The notes under the pieces: model-generated | Told to the model about the DNA's origin: nothing | Database searches by the model: none | The model's input: the letters and a program-made list of their open reading frames with translations, nothing else | Made by a program: the position numbers and the translations under genes | Shown here: piece after piece, positions 11,401 to 23,400 of the stretch | Layout of the letters: every line of letters starts with the position of its first letter | Position numbering within the stretch: position 1 is the stretch's first letter | Origin: Botryllus schlosseri | Lineage: Eukaryota | Direction of reading: 5' to 3' | NCBI GenBank assembly: GCA_051294905.1 | Contig: CM119371.1 | Span: forward strand, 33,792,001 to 33,856,000 | Length of the DNA stretch: 64,000 nt

Positions 11401-14400
11401 CCTGATTGTTACCGCTTCTGAATAGACTCAAATTGTTTGCACTGTAACAGTGCTTCCAAACTCAGGTCAGCTAAGTTTCTCCTGAATTAATTTTTCACCC
11501 AACGAAATTTGGGGGTTCCAGATTCATGAGCAGAATACAATTTATATTCTAGTAATCAGATACAGCGGAAGCTTTCCATTGATACCCGTTTTATCAAATT
11601 TAGCGCTCGGCAAGCTGGTCAAAAATGGCCGTAAAATTGCCTTTGGACGAATGGAAAGTATGACGTAAACCAAGTGCAGTCAGCCGTTCAATCTCGCTGT
11701 GCCCACACCATTTAGGACACCATGCTTTCTCCCTAATGGGTGGGCTGGACCCATATAGTAAGATACCTGCCCTTCACACACGCTCTTCTCGCTTGTAATT
11801 CGGTCTTGTTAACACAACACCATGAACGAAACACACTATTTGGCAAGCCGTGTTATTTTTGGCATATGCCAAAAATTGGTTATTTTTGGCATTTTCAAAT
11901 TTTTATTTTTGGCAGTTTTGGCATCTGGCTCCTGAAATGCCAAAATTAACACGGCCTGGTCATAAGTAGAAAAACAGGCTCTATCATTCCAGTATGGCCT
12001 AAGTGGGCCATGCAACGTCTCTTTGCATTTCAGACACCCTGAGGATACATATTGCATCACTGTGCGCAATACGTCATCTTTCTGGAGCTCAGAGCGAATT
12101 TCATCCAACCGTTGGCAAGACGCAGGAAGGCTGGATGTGACGGCATTGACATAGGCTTCTGTCTCATTATGAAGGCCATCAACGTACTCGAAAGTTGGCA
12201 ACGGACAACGAGACAATGCGTCCGCAGTATATAGCAGTTTCCCCGGAACATGAGATATGGGGAAGTTGAACTTCATGAGGCGCATTCGGAAACGTGGCAC
12301 TCTGAGCGGAAGCTCGTCAAGAGTCTTTGTTGACAGAAGTGGAACTAATGGTTGGTGATCAGTCTCCACGCGAAGTTGATGCAAGCCGATCAGGAGTTCC
12401 TTCCATCTCTCCATAGACCCCGTTATAGCAAGGGCCTCCTTCTCGATTTGAGCGTATCGTCTCTCTGTCTCAGTCAGCGATCTGCTAGCATACGCGACAG
12501 GGCGGAGAGAGTTGCCTACCTGGCGTTGCATCAGCACAGCTCCAAGTTTTAGGCACCAGTCATTTCGATGGCATGGGTTCGAATCCCACCGCCGCCACCA
12601 TGTAGTAACGTGACTGACGGTCTGTCTAATATACGAGACGTGTAGTCCTCAAGCAGCCATATATTCAGTGACGACCAAGCACCGAAGCACCTGCGATGTC
12701 GTCACACCCTAGTGGCGCCATAGAGCTACCACTACAAATTGTATGTGCGATATTTGGAATCAAATCAAGGTTGTTATAACAACTATCGGGTACCGGCTCA
12801 TACCATTTGGCTCGAGCCCGGTGTATACACTTCCCGAATTCACCTCTCCGACTGGCAATACGGGGACGCTAATAGTATATTGGGTTTTGTTTTATTGCAT
12901 TCTATGACTAGTAAATCAACTGAGATAGTGTAAGAGATCTTTGCTCACATTGAATTCAGTACTGCACCCTGTTAATAGCATTAACATAAGTGTATTGCAA
13001 AGAAAGCAAATCGTACTATATAACGTTCATTTTATGTTGTGGTTTTGCGGGTCACAACACTAAACAGTATCACCCTTTATGATGCGATGAAGAAATATTC
13101 TGAAGATTTAATTTTGTAGCCCTCAAATACAAATATATTTAGGTACTCATTTTGACCAAAAAGGTTCAAAAGCATCTTTAATGTACCAAGGGCTCTCACT
13201 CTTAAAATAGGTACAGTGCCTCTTCCTTCGATTTCGAGACGCTGTTCGCTGCGGGATGAAATACCTAGTTCGAAATATTTTGCGCAAAAATAGCTCGAGC
13301 TGGAATTGGCGATCTAAAACTACGCGTAATTAATTTTACATGAATTATAATAAACCACTGCATACATGGAAATATGTTGCAAACATCGTCGGCATGTATT
13401 TCGCGTCGGGCGCGACGGAAAATTTCGAGATTTGACAGATTTTGTCGAACGTTAATTTGCAATTAGAACTCAGGGTTATATGGAACTGTTGTTTTACTAT
13501 ATAGTCATATGTCTCTACTGCACCCCCCATATCGCCCCCTGAGCATTTCCCCCTTCAAAATCCAAATTTTCCCTTTGGGGGAACTTGAGACCAGGTTAAG
13601 AAACACTATGGTTTAGGGCAGTGGTTTCCAACCTTTTTCGACTCATCGCCCCCTTTTCAAACTCGACACCGATGATCGCCCCCCAAATATTGGGAACCGA
13701 AAAATGGGCATACAGACTGAAATCACCGGCGAATTGACTAAGAAAAAAGGTCAACTTTTCGGCTCGACCTCGAAATTACACTTTTCCAGCTAAATTTTGG
13801 TGAGTTGACTAACAAAAAAGGTGATTTCTCCGACTTGATTCCAAAAGGACCGTAACAGCACTTCGTCAGCCCCCCTCAATACGTTGGTCTTGACCCTCTC
13901 CTCCATAGGGTGATAAAGCAAACTTCTGCACCCCTCAGACTCAACTCCCACGATACCTCTTTACCGCTACTTCTCAGCACAAATTGTTGGACTCTTTAGT
14001 TAGTGGGCCTAATTCGCGTGATGCGCGAAAAATTTCTATCATTCATGATTGAATCGGTCAATATGATCGGGAATTGCATATATATTGCTGTCAATTTTTA
14101 TCCTCTCTCTGCTCATATGTATTCAGATTAACCGGTAAAGCTGAGTGAGGTGTCTTGGAAAATGTAGGGCCCGTAAATGATAATTGAACATATTCGGGCG
14201 GACCCGTGGGTATAATGACTTCGTTACGTAATGACATTTCGTGGCCTGTCTGCTATGTCAAAAGATATTCAAATCGCCCATACGTGCTAACCTAAAAGAC
14301 GCACACGATTTTAAATTGGTATTTCTGCACTGGCAATTAATTTTTCTCTGCGAGATGGCATTTTTTTGTGGGGTTCTGATTGCCAGAACAGTAACATTTG

Positions 14401-17400
14401 GCGCCAGCCATTTAGGCGCCTATGGGCAATTAAATATATATGTATATATATCGTATATATATATCGAAGTCGGTCAGCATAAGGGCAGTCCTTTTCCGTC
14501 AAGGTTTTCTCGTTCTGGCACACTTCTCGGAGTCGCATGTTACATGGCCTGAAACTTCATATGTCTTGGTGCGTCATGGTGTGGTAATGGCTGACGCCGA
14601 GATGCCCATTTCTATAACTCATGCGTATTATTTCTTGGAGGAATGGTATCCCATAAGCAAGAAACATCTGACCACGAAATGGCGCGCAGCGCGAAAATTT
14701 TTTGAAAAAGTTGCCCAAATTTCCAAAATAATACTCTATAATTAATGTTAATTCACTAAAAAATAGTGGCCCCCCTACGAGCTCTGGCCGCCTATCCCAA
14801 TTGGGGGTTTGGGTGTGGCAGTTACTGTCATGGACGCCAATATAGCCATTTCAACGCGCCATCGCCCCCTTCGTCCATTTTCGCCCCCCTATCGCCTCCT
14901 TGGCTATTTTCGCCCCCCTGGACCGACAAATCGCCCCCTGGGGGGCGATATCGCGCACGTTCGGAACCACTGGTTTAGGGTTAAATCACTATCCCTTTAC
15001 GTTGTCGTATAATGTTACTGGACTCAGCTACATCTGCGGTAGTGAAGTACTGTTTCTGTATACTGCCGCGGTGACGAGAGTTACTACGAATCCTACTGCA
15101 GATCTCGGATAACTTTCACCAGAAAGCGTGTAATTTGATTATTATGAAGGCTACTTGATTAACGCTATTGCAATCGTCAATGTTTTGCCAATGTACACTG
15201 TAGCCGCAACCCGCAGATCGCGCCACAGGATGGATTGAAATATCTGGCTGCTTAATCCCTGTCGGCACAGAGAAAAAGACTCGCTTTGTTGGTGCGTGTT
15301 TTCTAATGAAAATGAAATACAATAAGCATTGGCAAATACGTCCTAAGCTAGTCAAATACAAAGCATCTTACTTGACAAAGAATCTTCCGGGTTTTTTGGT
15401 TTAATATATTTCTAGATTTACTTTGACTGTAACAAGATACCAAAACAGTGAGATGAATGAATTAACCTAAACTAGCCCTATTCTAGTAATGCAATACACC
15501 TAACTATTCCTATTCTATTACCTCAACTAATGCCAACACGATCGTACAACTAACGCATGTTCACTAAACAGTGAATTGCATCACGATCTAGTTACCGCTG
15601 TGAGGTAACAATGACACTGAGTCCACTTCTTTGCTCGGCGGGAGTGTGAAGGAGCCACAGCGACACCTTAGGGCCGTACGGCGGCTACATACACTGTGTA
15701 CTGTGATAATGTGGTTATAGTTTACGGGACTGGTATGGCAAAGTTGCATACAGCAGGTTAAAAATGTAGAATGTCTTCCGCTCCTCCCAGTTTTAGCCCA
15801 ACTGTCAGTTCAAAATACGGTGTATCATATGCAACTATGACACGTCATTGTTATGTAGGGATACGATATGCCCTCTTTTAAGAGGATCTGTCCTCTTTTT
15901 TCAATAATACAAAATGGCCCTCCGAGGACGCCCAAATATCCTCTTTTTTCGGCGGCCGTCCTCTCTTTTTGTTTTGAGTGTTAGGCGACTATATTCCTGC
16001 AGAGGCTATACAGAGAAAGAAAAAAAATATCCTCCAAATTAGTTTCCTAAAACAATAGAAAAGGGCAACCCAACGGAAACTGTCCGGATATAAGTTCCCT
16101 ATGCGGTAATTTAACTTTTATAAAAGTCAACTTACCGGACGATCAATGTATATCTCTTATTGTTACTTGAAAAAAAGTGTCCCTCTTTCCAGACCTCAAA
16201 ATGTTGTAACCCTATTGTTAAGGGATATCGAGGATATCTGCAAGAAGCACGCTTCCGAGGAGCCCGAGGAGGAAGAAGGTTTAGTGCACATGAGCGCTAA
16301 AGAATTCGATGATTTACGTGAAGCACATCGAGGGGACGCTTCGACGCGTCCTGACCTTGACTTGAGGAAAGTCCGCGTTAATCTTGCGAATACCAGCGGG
16401 CTGACTGCGGAGCAGTATTTGAAGTGTAAAGCGGAGGAATTTATCGAGAAACACGCGAATCCCTGGCCGAAAAGTCGCGTGAAGCCGACTCTGACTCCGT
16501 TCAAGGTAATCTCTCCTATGCTGTTGTTTATCACGGGTAAAGTTCGTAAAATTGGTCATCATTGCTACTCAAGTAGGCGTACCTATGCTGTAGTTTGTTA
16601 CTAGCATAGGTGTTCAAAGTAATCTGTGTTGGTATCCTCGTAAGGAGAAGTAACGACGTTATTAAGAGTCGGAAGTAGGGTAGGCGTCTTCGAAATTTCC
16701 GGAGTCGGAGTCTTAGCTCAGCCTTAGTCTGAAAGCGGTGCGCATACTCACTGATCGGTGGTATACTAGGGTTACCATATTTTGGAAATCTGAAAAGAGG
16801 ACACTTTTTCAGAATTTTCAGACTTGCAAAACCGGAGGAAAATCCTACAAAAATGGTAAATTATTCTCACTTCGTAGTCGGTTGGCTAAAAAAGGGTCAA
16901 ATCTCTCGCTCAGTGCCCAAAATACAGTTTTTTCTTCACATTATCAGGTGGTTGACTAAAAAAATACAAGACGCCGAAGCGTTACTTCGGAGCTGATTTA
17001 TGGCATCTGAGTCGAATTTGGCCGTAAATTGGACCAAAATTCTCAAAAAGGAGGACAACATCTCAAACAAGAGGACATTTGGGCGTCCTCCGAGGACACT
17101 CTAAAAAAAGTCAAAAAGTTGACAAATCCCCTTAAAAGAGGACGCATGGTAACTATGGCTGGGCAAAATCGAGTACCCGAGTGATTCGATTCTGAATCAC
17201 GTATAACGCTTCGAGTCGAGTCGAGTAATCGAGTATCGCTCGTTATGGCGTCACAACAGAATGTACTATGTCAAAGTTCAAATATGTACCTTTTATACTA
17301 CCACAAGGAACATAATGCCTGTTATCCGTCACAGTAAAGATACTTTGGTATTTTTTGACCATACCGATTTGATTGCACTTCTTGACAATGTTGTGAGGTG

Positions 17401-20400
17401 ATCATGACTTCGGAAATATGTTATTTCCCGCAACGTTCGTTGCTTTGTACTATGTCTGGTACGCTGCGACACGGTAAATCAAGGTTCCAAGGCTTCCACA
17501 GAGGAAAATAGAATCAAAACCAGAGTTGGTCAGTAACGAAGTACTTCTACTTTTTCGAAGTACTTAAGTAGTTCCCCTCTACTTCTGGTACTTACTCAAG
17601 TAGATCTTTTTTTCGCTACTTCTACTTCTACTTCGTAATATTTTGTGATCAACTTATTTACTTTTCGCTATTTTCAGTTTGTCAAGTAGAAGTAGTTTAA
17701 TCACCCAATAAGAAAGATAGCTTAGGCTATTTCGGGGCTCTTTTCACATAGTACCAACATTTAATTTTCATAAAAGTCATGTAATATCCAGAATTGTCGT
17801 TGCGCTTCGCGCACAGCAGATATAGAGGGCCAACTATATTTAACTGAAAGCATATCGCTGAATATAATTTAGATACTGGGTTGCGTGGTTCCGTTCACAT
17901 CGCATTGTCGCCTATGTCAAATATTTTATCACAGTAAGTATGGCCCTCCATAACGTTTGAAACTACCGTTTCGCAATCTAGCAATTACCTATTAAACCTA
18001 TGGCAGCCCATGACGTGTCCTAATTTGGAAAAGTGGACTTTGACTTTTTATAACGTTAGACCTGTATTAGCAGACCATCGTTGAAACTTTCTGGAGAAAA
18101 GATATGAAATATATTTTCCGCTTTTTAGAAGTGATATTTGTATTTTTCTTTCAATTACGAGTATGATACGTTGAGTTCTAATCATAGTTTCAGTTCTTTT
18201 GTCTGGAGAACATACATGTTGAAGTATAAGAGCAAGTGTAGTAATGCCTTATATTTCCGAAAATAAAGCTGTACACTACATGGCATTTTAACGATCTGCC
18301 CTATTTTCAATTACCGTATACTAATCGCGCAAAGTGTTAAAGCCGTATCCGACACAACTCTCCGTATTGCTCTTCGACTGAACTAGGGGCCTTATAATAT
18401 GGGGGAGGACGTCATGTCATGATATATTCTCTAAAACCGGGTGTTCGAGTAAACAAAGGATTAGTATCGCATTTCCATATCAATACTATCATTTACATCC
18501 CATGATGTGGACGACTGCTTATTTCGTCAAGCATTGACACCTCCTGTGATACATCAATATGAATCGAGCTCTCTTCACCTTCAGCATAGCGCCATTTGCA
18601 GCTTTTGACAATCCCCATGCGAACGAATTACGATCTTTTTCACAACTACTTACTTACTTGAGTAGATTTAAACTCAGTAAAGTCTACTTATACTTCAAGT
18701 AGTTTTAGGTTGCTTATGAAAGAAGTCCTTCTACTCGTACTTGAGTAGATTTTCTCGTTGCTACTTCTACGTCTACTTGAGTAGCTTTCTTGACTACTTT
18801 GACTACCTCTGATCAAAACTATAATTATCGTTGGTAAATTAACTTTCAGTTATGATGAGCGTATATAATTTCAGTACTCGAAAAAATCGTATTTTACTAC
18901 TCGACTCGAATCATTAAAATTAATACTCGATTCAGATTCGAGTACTCGAATCATTGTGCCCAATGGTAACCCTATGTTATACGATCAGTTATTCCAGTTC
19001 AGTGGTTCTTTCCTTGGGTCTGTGACCTGGGACCTCTTGAAGGGGCGGAAACGCTCAGGGGTGATATCGGGGGCGCTGAAGAAAAAAGGCGTCGCAGTAG
19101 ATGATGGATACGGACATGATTATATAGCAGTTCTCATTGCAAATTAATAACCTGTCAAGTCTCGGAATTTTTCCTGGCGATGTTTTAATGAATGCAGTGG
19201 TTTATTATAGTTCATGTAAACGAATTGCGCGTACTTTAAGATCGGCAATTGCGCGGTAATATTTTCTGTCACGCTAGACCAGGTTATTTTCCACAGAATG
19301 TTTCGAACTAGGAATTGTATCCGGCAGCGCACATCGTGTCGTAGTCGAAGTGTACTTTACCTCTTTTAAGAGTGGCAGCCCTTTGTACATTAAAGATGCT
19401 CTTGAGCTTTTTGTTCAAAATGATTAATACGTGTATTTAAGAGCTACAAAATTAAATCGTCAGAATATTTCTTCTTCGTATCATAAGGGATGATACTGTT
19501 TTTGTTGTGACCAACAACCTCACATGAACGTTATATAATATTGGTTGCTTTGTACGAACCCGCACCCCATACCCCAGGGGAGGGCAATTATTTTCCTCCG
19601 CGGGCCAAATGAGAAAAATAAATACGTTAGCGGGCCGAGTGAAATAAATTAGCTATGTCCTCCAGCGTTTTTAAATTCTATTTCTAAATTACATTGTTAA
19701 TAAATGCTGCTCAGTGAAAGTGTTGATATTGGGTAATGAGAAAGTGACTATTAATTAAAAAATTTCGATTAGCTTTCATGACTCGAAACAATGTTAAACA
19801 TGATATATTTTAGCTCTCTTTAACCCCTATCCACGTTCTTGACTCTAAAACAGTGGTTCTCAAACTTTTTTAGGCACGCCTCGCTTAACGATAGTGAACA
19901 ATTTCGCGCCCACTTATCATGATATCACAAAATAATAAAAAGACCAACCAGAATGCTAGCATTCCCAACGTATAGTTTGATGGCATGGAAGATTATGGCT
20001 GTTGATGAGAGAATTGTGAAGTATCAAAATCGGATAATACACAGAGCAATAACTATAAGCTGGGAGCATATCGCTCGGAACGCGAAACATTTTTTCAATA
20101 AACTTCGGCTTCGCGCCACCCTTCTGTTGCTTTCACGTCTCCCAGTTCGAGAACCACTGCACTGAAATGCATATGCAATAGTACAAAGCTTATTTTCCTG
20201 GTTGCTACCTTCCGAGCAGTGTGCAGGTTTAATAGCCGTTATGTTGAGCGAATCTTGCAGTTTTTCTGAACTTCGCCCTCCCTTGACCGAGTGTTTCGTG
20301 CTTTTGTCATGAGACCGACTTTAATTAAAATCCTTAATCTCGGCGACATGATCCGCAAAAACCGGAAGGATGGGTTTACCCCTGACTCCAGTATGCGAAT

Positions 20401-23400
20401 ATTTAGTGCTCTAAATTCTAAACCTTCATTGAATTTCAGTTTTCGGCTATCTTCTTTTTTGGCATGCCCGTTAATCCTTCATGGGTGATGATGAGTCATA
20501 TATAGCAGTGTTGGGATGACTCGAGTCATGACTTGACTCGAGTTAGACTCGAGTCACATTTTTGCATGACTTGACTTGACTCGAGTCACTTCGCTAAAAT
20601 GACTTGACTTGACTTGACTCGGCGTATCAGAAATGTGGATTGACTCGTGACTCGGAGCAAAATTCACGGGTCAATTTCAAGTCATCAAGTAATTGATGTC
20701 GATAAAAATCACTGTATCTTGCATATGTTTGGATTGTTCGCGAAACGCTGGTGTAACCCGTGCGAGCGACCAATCATTCAATGATCATGTGTTTCACTGA
20801 ATCTCAAATAAATTGACCGCAAACGAAGTGAACGAAGCTTACAGCTTACGTTGTCGTAACTCTAGTAGTAAAGTAATAACATAGCCAAATGTTTATTTCT
20901 GTTCTCTGTTCTTACCTTAACTAAACCTAATGTTTTTTTGAAATTGAATTCGAATATAGTTTATATAATTCTCAAGCTCAACCATTGGCGCAGGCTCGAA
21001 TTGTATCATATATTTTTCTACTAGTTGCTGACGATTACCCCTGACGAGTGTCAGCCGAAAATATTCGGGTTCATTTCAATATGAATATACTATTTAATTG
21101 TATATTGAAGTTCTGTACCTCCAAGAAGCTCTTCATATATTTTTGTAAATGGGTAATGTATTGCAACGTATCAATTAGTTTCTCTATTCTCTATTTTGGC
21201 TGGTAACTATATAAACTGAAGCTATGCAATTACGCAGTTCAACAGTTCTACGTATATGTGAGCGATGCAGCGCCTTCTTGCGTTTATATTTAACTCTATA
21301 TTCGTTCATCGGTTCGAAATCAATTACCACTCAATCTGTAGTTCAGACAGCTAGCAAATTGCAATGACGTAATCATGTCTCATACTTCGAAAAGCCAACT
21401 TGACTTGAAATGTGACTTGACTCGTGACTTGACTTGACTTGACTCGAGTCACTTCCAAAAATCGAGTGACTTGACTTGACTCGAGTCACCTTTAAAAATA
21501 GTTTGACTTGACTTGACTCGAGTCAAAATGTGCAATGACTCGAAATGACTCGTGACTCGAAGGTAGTGACTTGATCCCAACACTGATATATAGTAATCGC
21601 GAGCACTGACTGACTTACGAATTAGGGATTTGGAAACATATCACGTCACCAATTGAAACACATACCGTATATAATGCGTAATGTGAGAATGTCAAAAAGG
21701 AAGGTTTGAACTAAACTATACGGAAAGAGTGATTTCTTGTGACTTCAATTGCTACTCATACTTTGCAACATTGCCTTTATTTTGAATCTGGATTACGCTT
21801 GCCAGGTACGCATAAAAAGTGTAGTCGTGGCATATTAATGAACAGGTTTCAAAGTAAACGAATTTCCCGTTCATTTGATACAGCCTATGGGTTTGAGCCA
21901 TTCAAAAAGCAAGTTTTATGTTTTGAATTCCAAGCAACCTTTCGCGGACCACACAGAATAGCTTCGCGGGCCGCACTTTGCCCAGGTTTGCCGTAACCGA
22001 TGGTAGTTATACCAATCTTAAGTCGTTCCCGAATATAGCACTTACAATAAATATATCGTTAATTAGTCGAGTGATCCTCGCGAGCAATTCAAGCGCAACA
22101 TATTTCCAATAGCAAAGTCCAAAGCCAAAAAGACCGACCAGACTTCGTCCTCTATGGACTTGACTCGAGTCACTTCCAAAAATCGAGTGACTTGACTTGA
22201 CTCGAGTCACCTTTAAAAATAGTTTGACTTGACTTGACTCGAGTCAAAATGTGCAATGACTCGAAATGACTCGTGACTCGAAGGTAGTGACTTGATCCCA
22301 ACACTGATATATAGTAATCGCGAGCACTGACTGACTTACGAATTAGGGATTTGGAAACATATCACGTCACCAATTGAAACACATACCGTATATAATGCGT
22401 AATGTGAGAATGTCAAAAAGGAAGGTTTGAACTAAACTATACGGAAAGAGTGATTTCTTGTGACTTCAATTGCTACTCATACTTTGCAACATTGCCTTTA
22501 TTTTGAATCTGGATTACGCTTGCCAGGTACGCATAAAAAGTGTAGTCGTGGCATATTAATGAACAGGTTTCAAAGTAAACGAATTTCCCGTTCATTTGAT
22601 ACAGCCTATGGGTTTGAGCCATTCAAAAAGCAAGTTTTATGTTTTGAATTCCAAGCAACCTTTCGCGGACCACACAGAATAGCTTCGCGGGCCGCACTTT
22701 GCCCAGGTTTGCCGTAACCGATGGTAGTTATACCAATCTTAAGTCGTTCCCGAATATAGCACTTACAATAAATATATCGTTAATTAGTCGAGTGATCCTC
22801 GCGAGCAATTCAAGCGCAACATATTTCCAATAGCAAAGTCCAAAGCCAAAAAGACCGACCAGACTTCGTCCTCTTACCAATTGCTTTTTGCTACAGTCTT
22901 TAAAATATGTGGGGGGAGGGGGGAGGGCGCCTGACCTAGGCAGTTCTTGAAAGGGAGCTGGATGGGAACAGGTTAAAAACCACTGCTTCAATAAATTGAC
23001 GTCATCACCGATCTTGTATAACGTCTGGCATATCGCAGAGCCCTCCCGTCCAGACAAGTGAGATTAAATCTCTTATCCACGACATTGATATGAAGCTGCA
23101 GCCGGAAGAGATTGAGAAAAATCTTATAGAAGAGAATACGAGGAGACAGGGGCTTGGGGATGATGACATCATGGGGGTTAGTAGTGGTAAATTTTTAACT
23201 TATGACTGTTTCCATGTGAGTTGTCTCGTTGCAACAACTCAACGGCAGAGGTTCTGAAAGTTTTCTTACTCATCCAACCATTATCAAGCTCGACATATGT
23301 CTATCGCCCTCTGCAATTTTCATCAGTATCGAAATTATTGAACAATAGACCATAACTGAACAAATTATTTCAATATAATAGTATTTTCTAACATTATTGC

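Larger units (their letters stand above)
9592..12736 (-). mobile_element. Internally deleted Ty3/Gypsy (Mag-like) LTR retrotransposon
   Basis: Two TG..CA LTRs (9592-9724, 12601-12736); 5-bp TSD AATTG (9587-9591, 12737-12741); PPT AGAAGGGAGA at 9725-9734; tRNA-Leu PBS; RNase H then integrase coding order. Confidence 0.95.
16767..18974. mobile_element. TAGGGTTACCATA-family hAT MITE, outer element of a 3-level nest
   Basis: TIR TAGGGTTACCAT; GAGGAC repeats; TSD TGGTATAC/TGTTATAC. Confidence 0.85.
19575..21990. mobile_element. Charlie-like hAT element carrying nested MITEs
   Basis: CAGGGGAGGGCAA..GCGGGCC / GCGGGCCGCACTTTGCCCAGGTTTG ends; degenerate TSD CCATACCC/CCGTAACC. Confidence 0.6.

Noticed and set aside
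12546..12600. Functional tRNA-Leu gene
   Set aside because: The 5' acceptor strand and D arm are missing, and it has an encoded CCA abutting an LTR, so it is primer-derived.
20515..21570. GACTT/GACTC arrays as CRISPR-like or regulatory repeats
   Set aside because: They are subterminal repeats of a TIR/TSD-bounded hAT element, with no repeat-spacer structure, in a eukaryotic context.
21739..22717. Two identical 85-aa ORFs
   Set aside because: They arise from the 718-bp tandem duplication of intronic transposon DNA.
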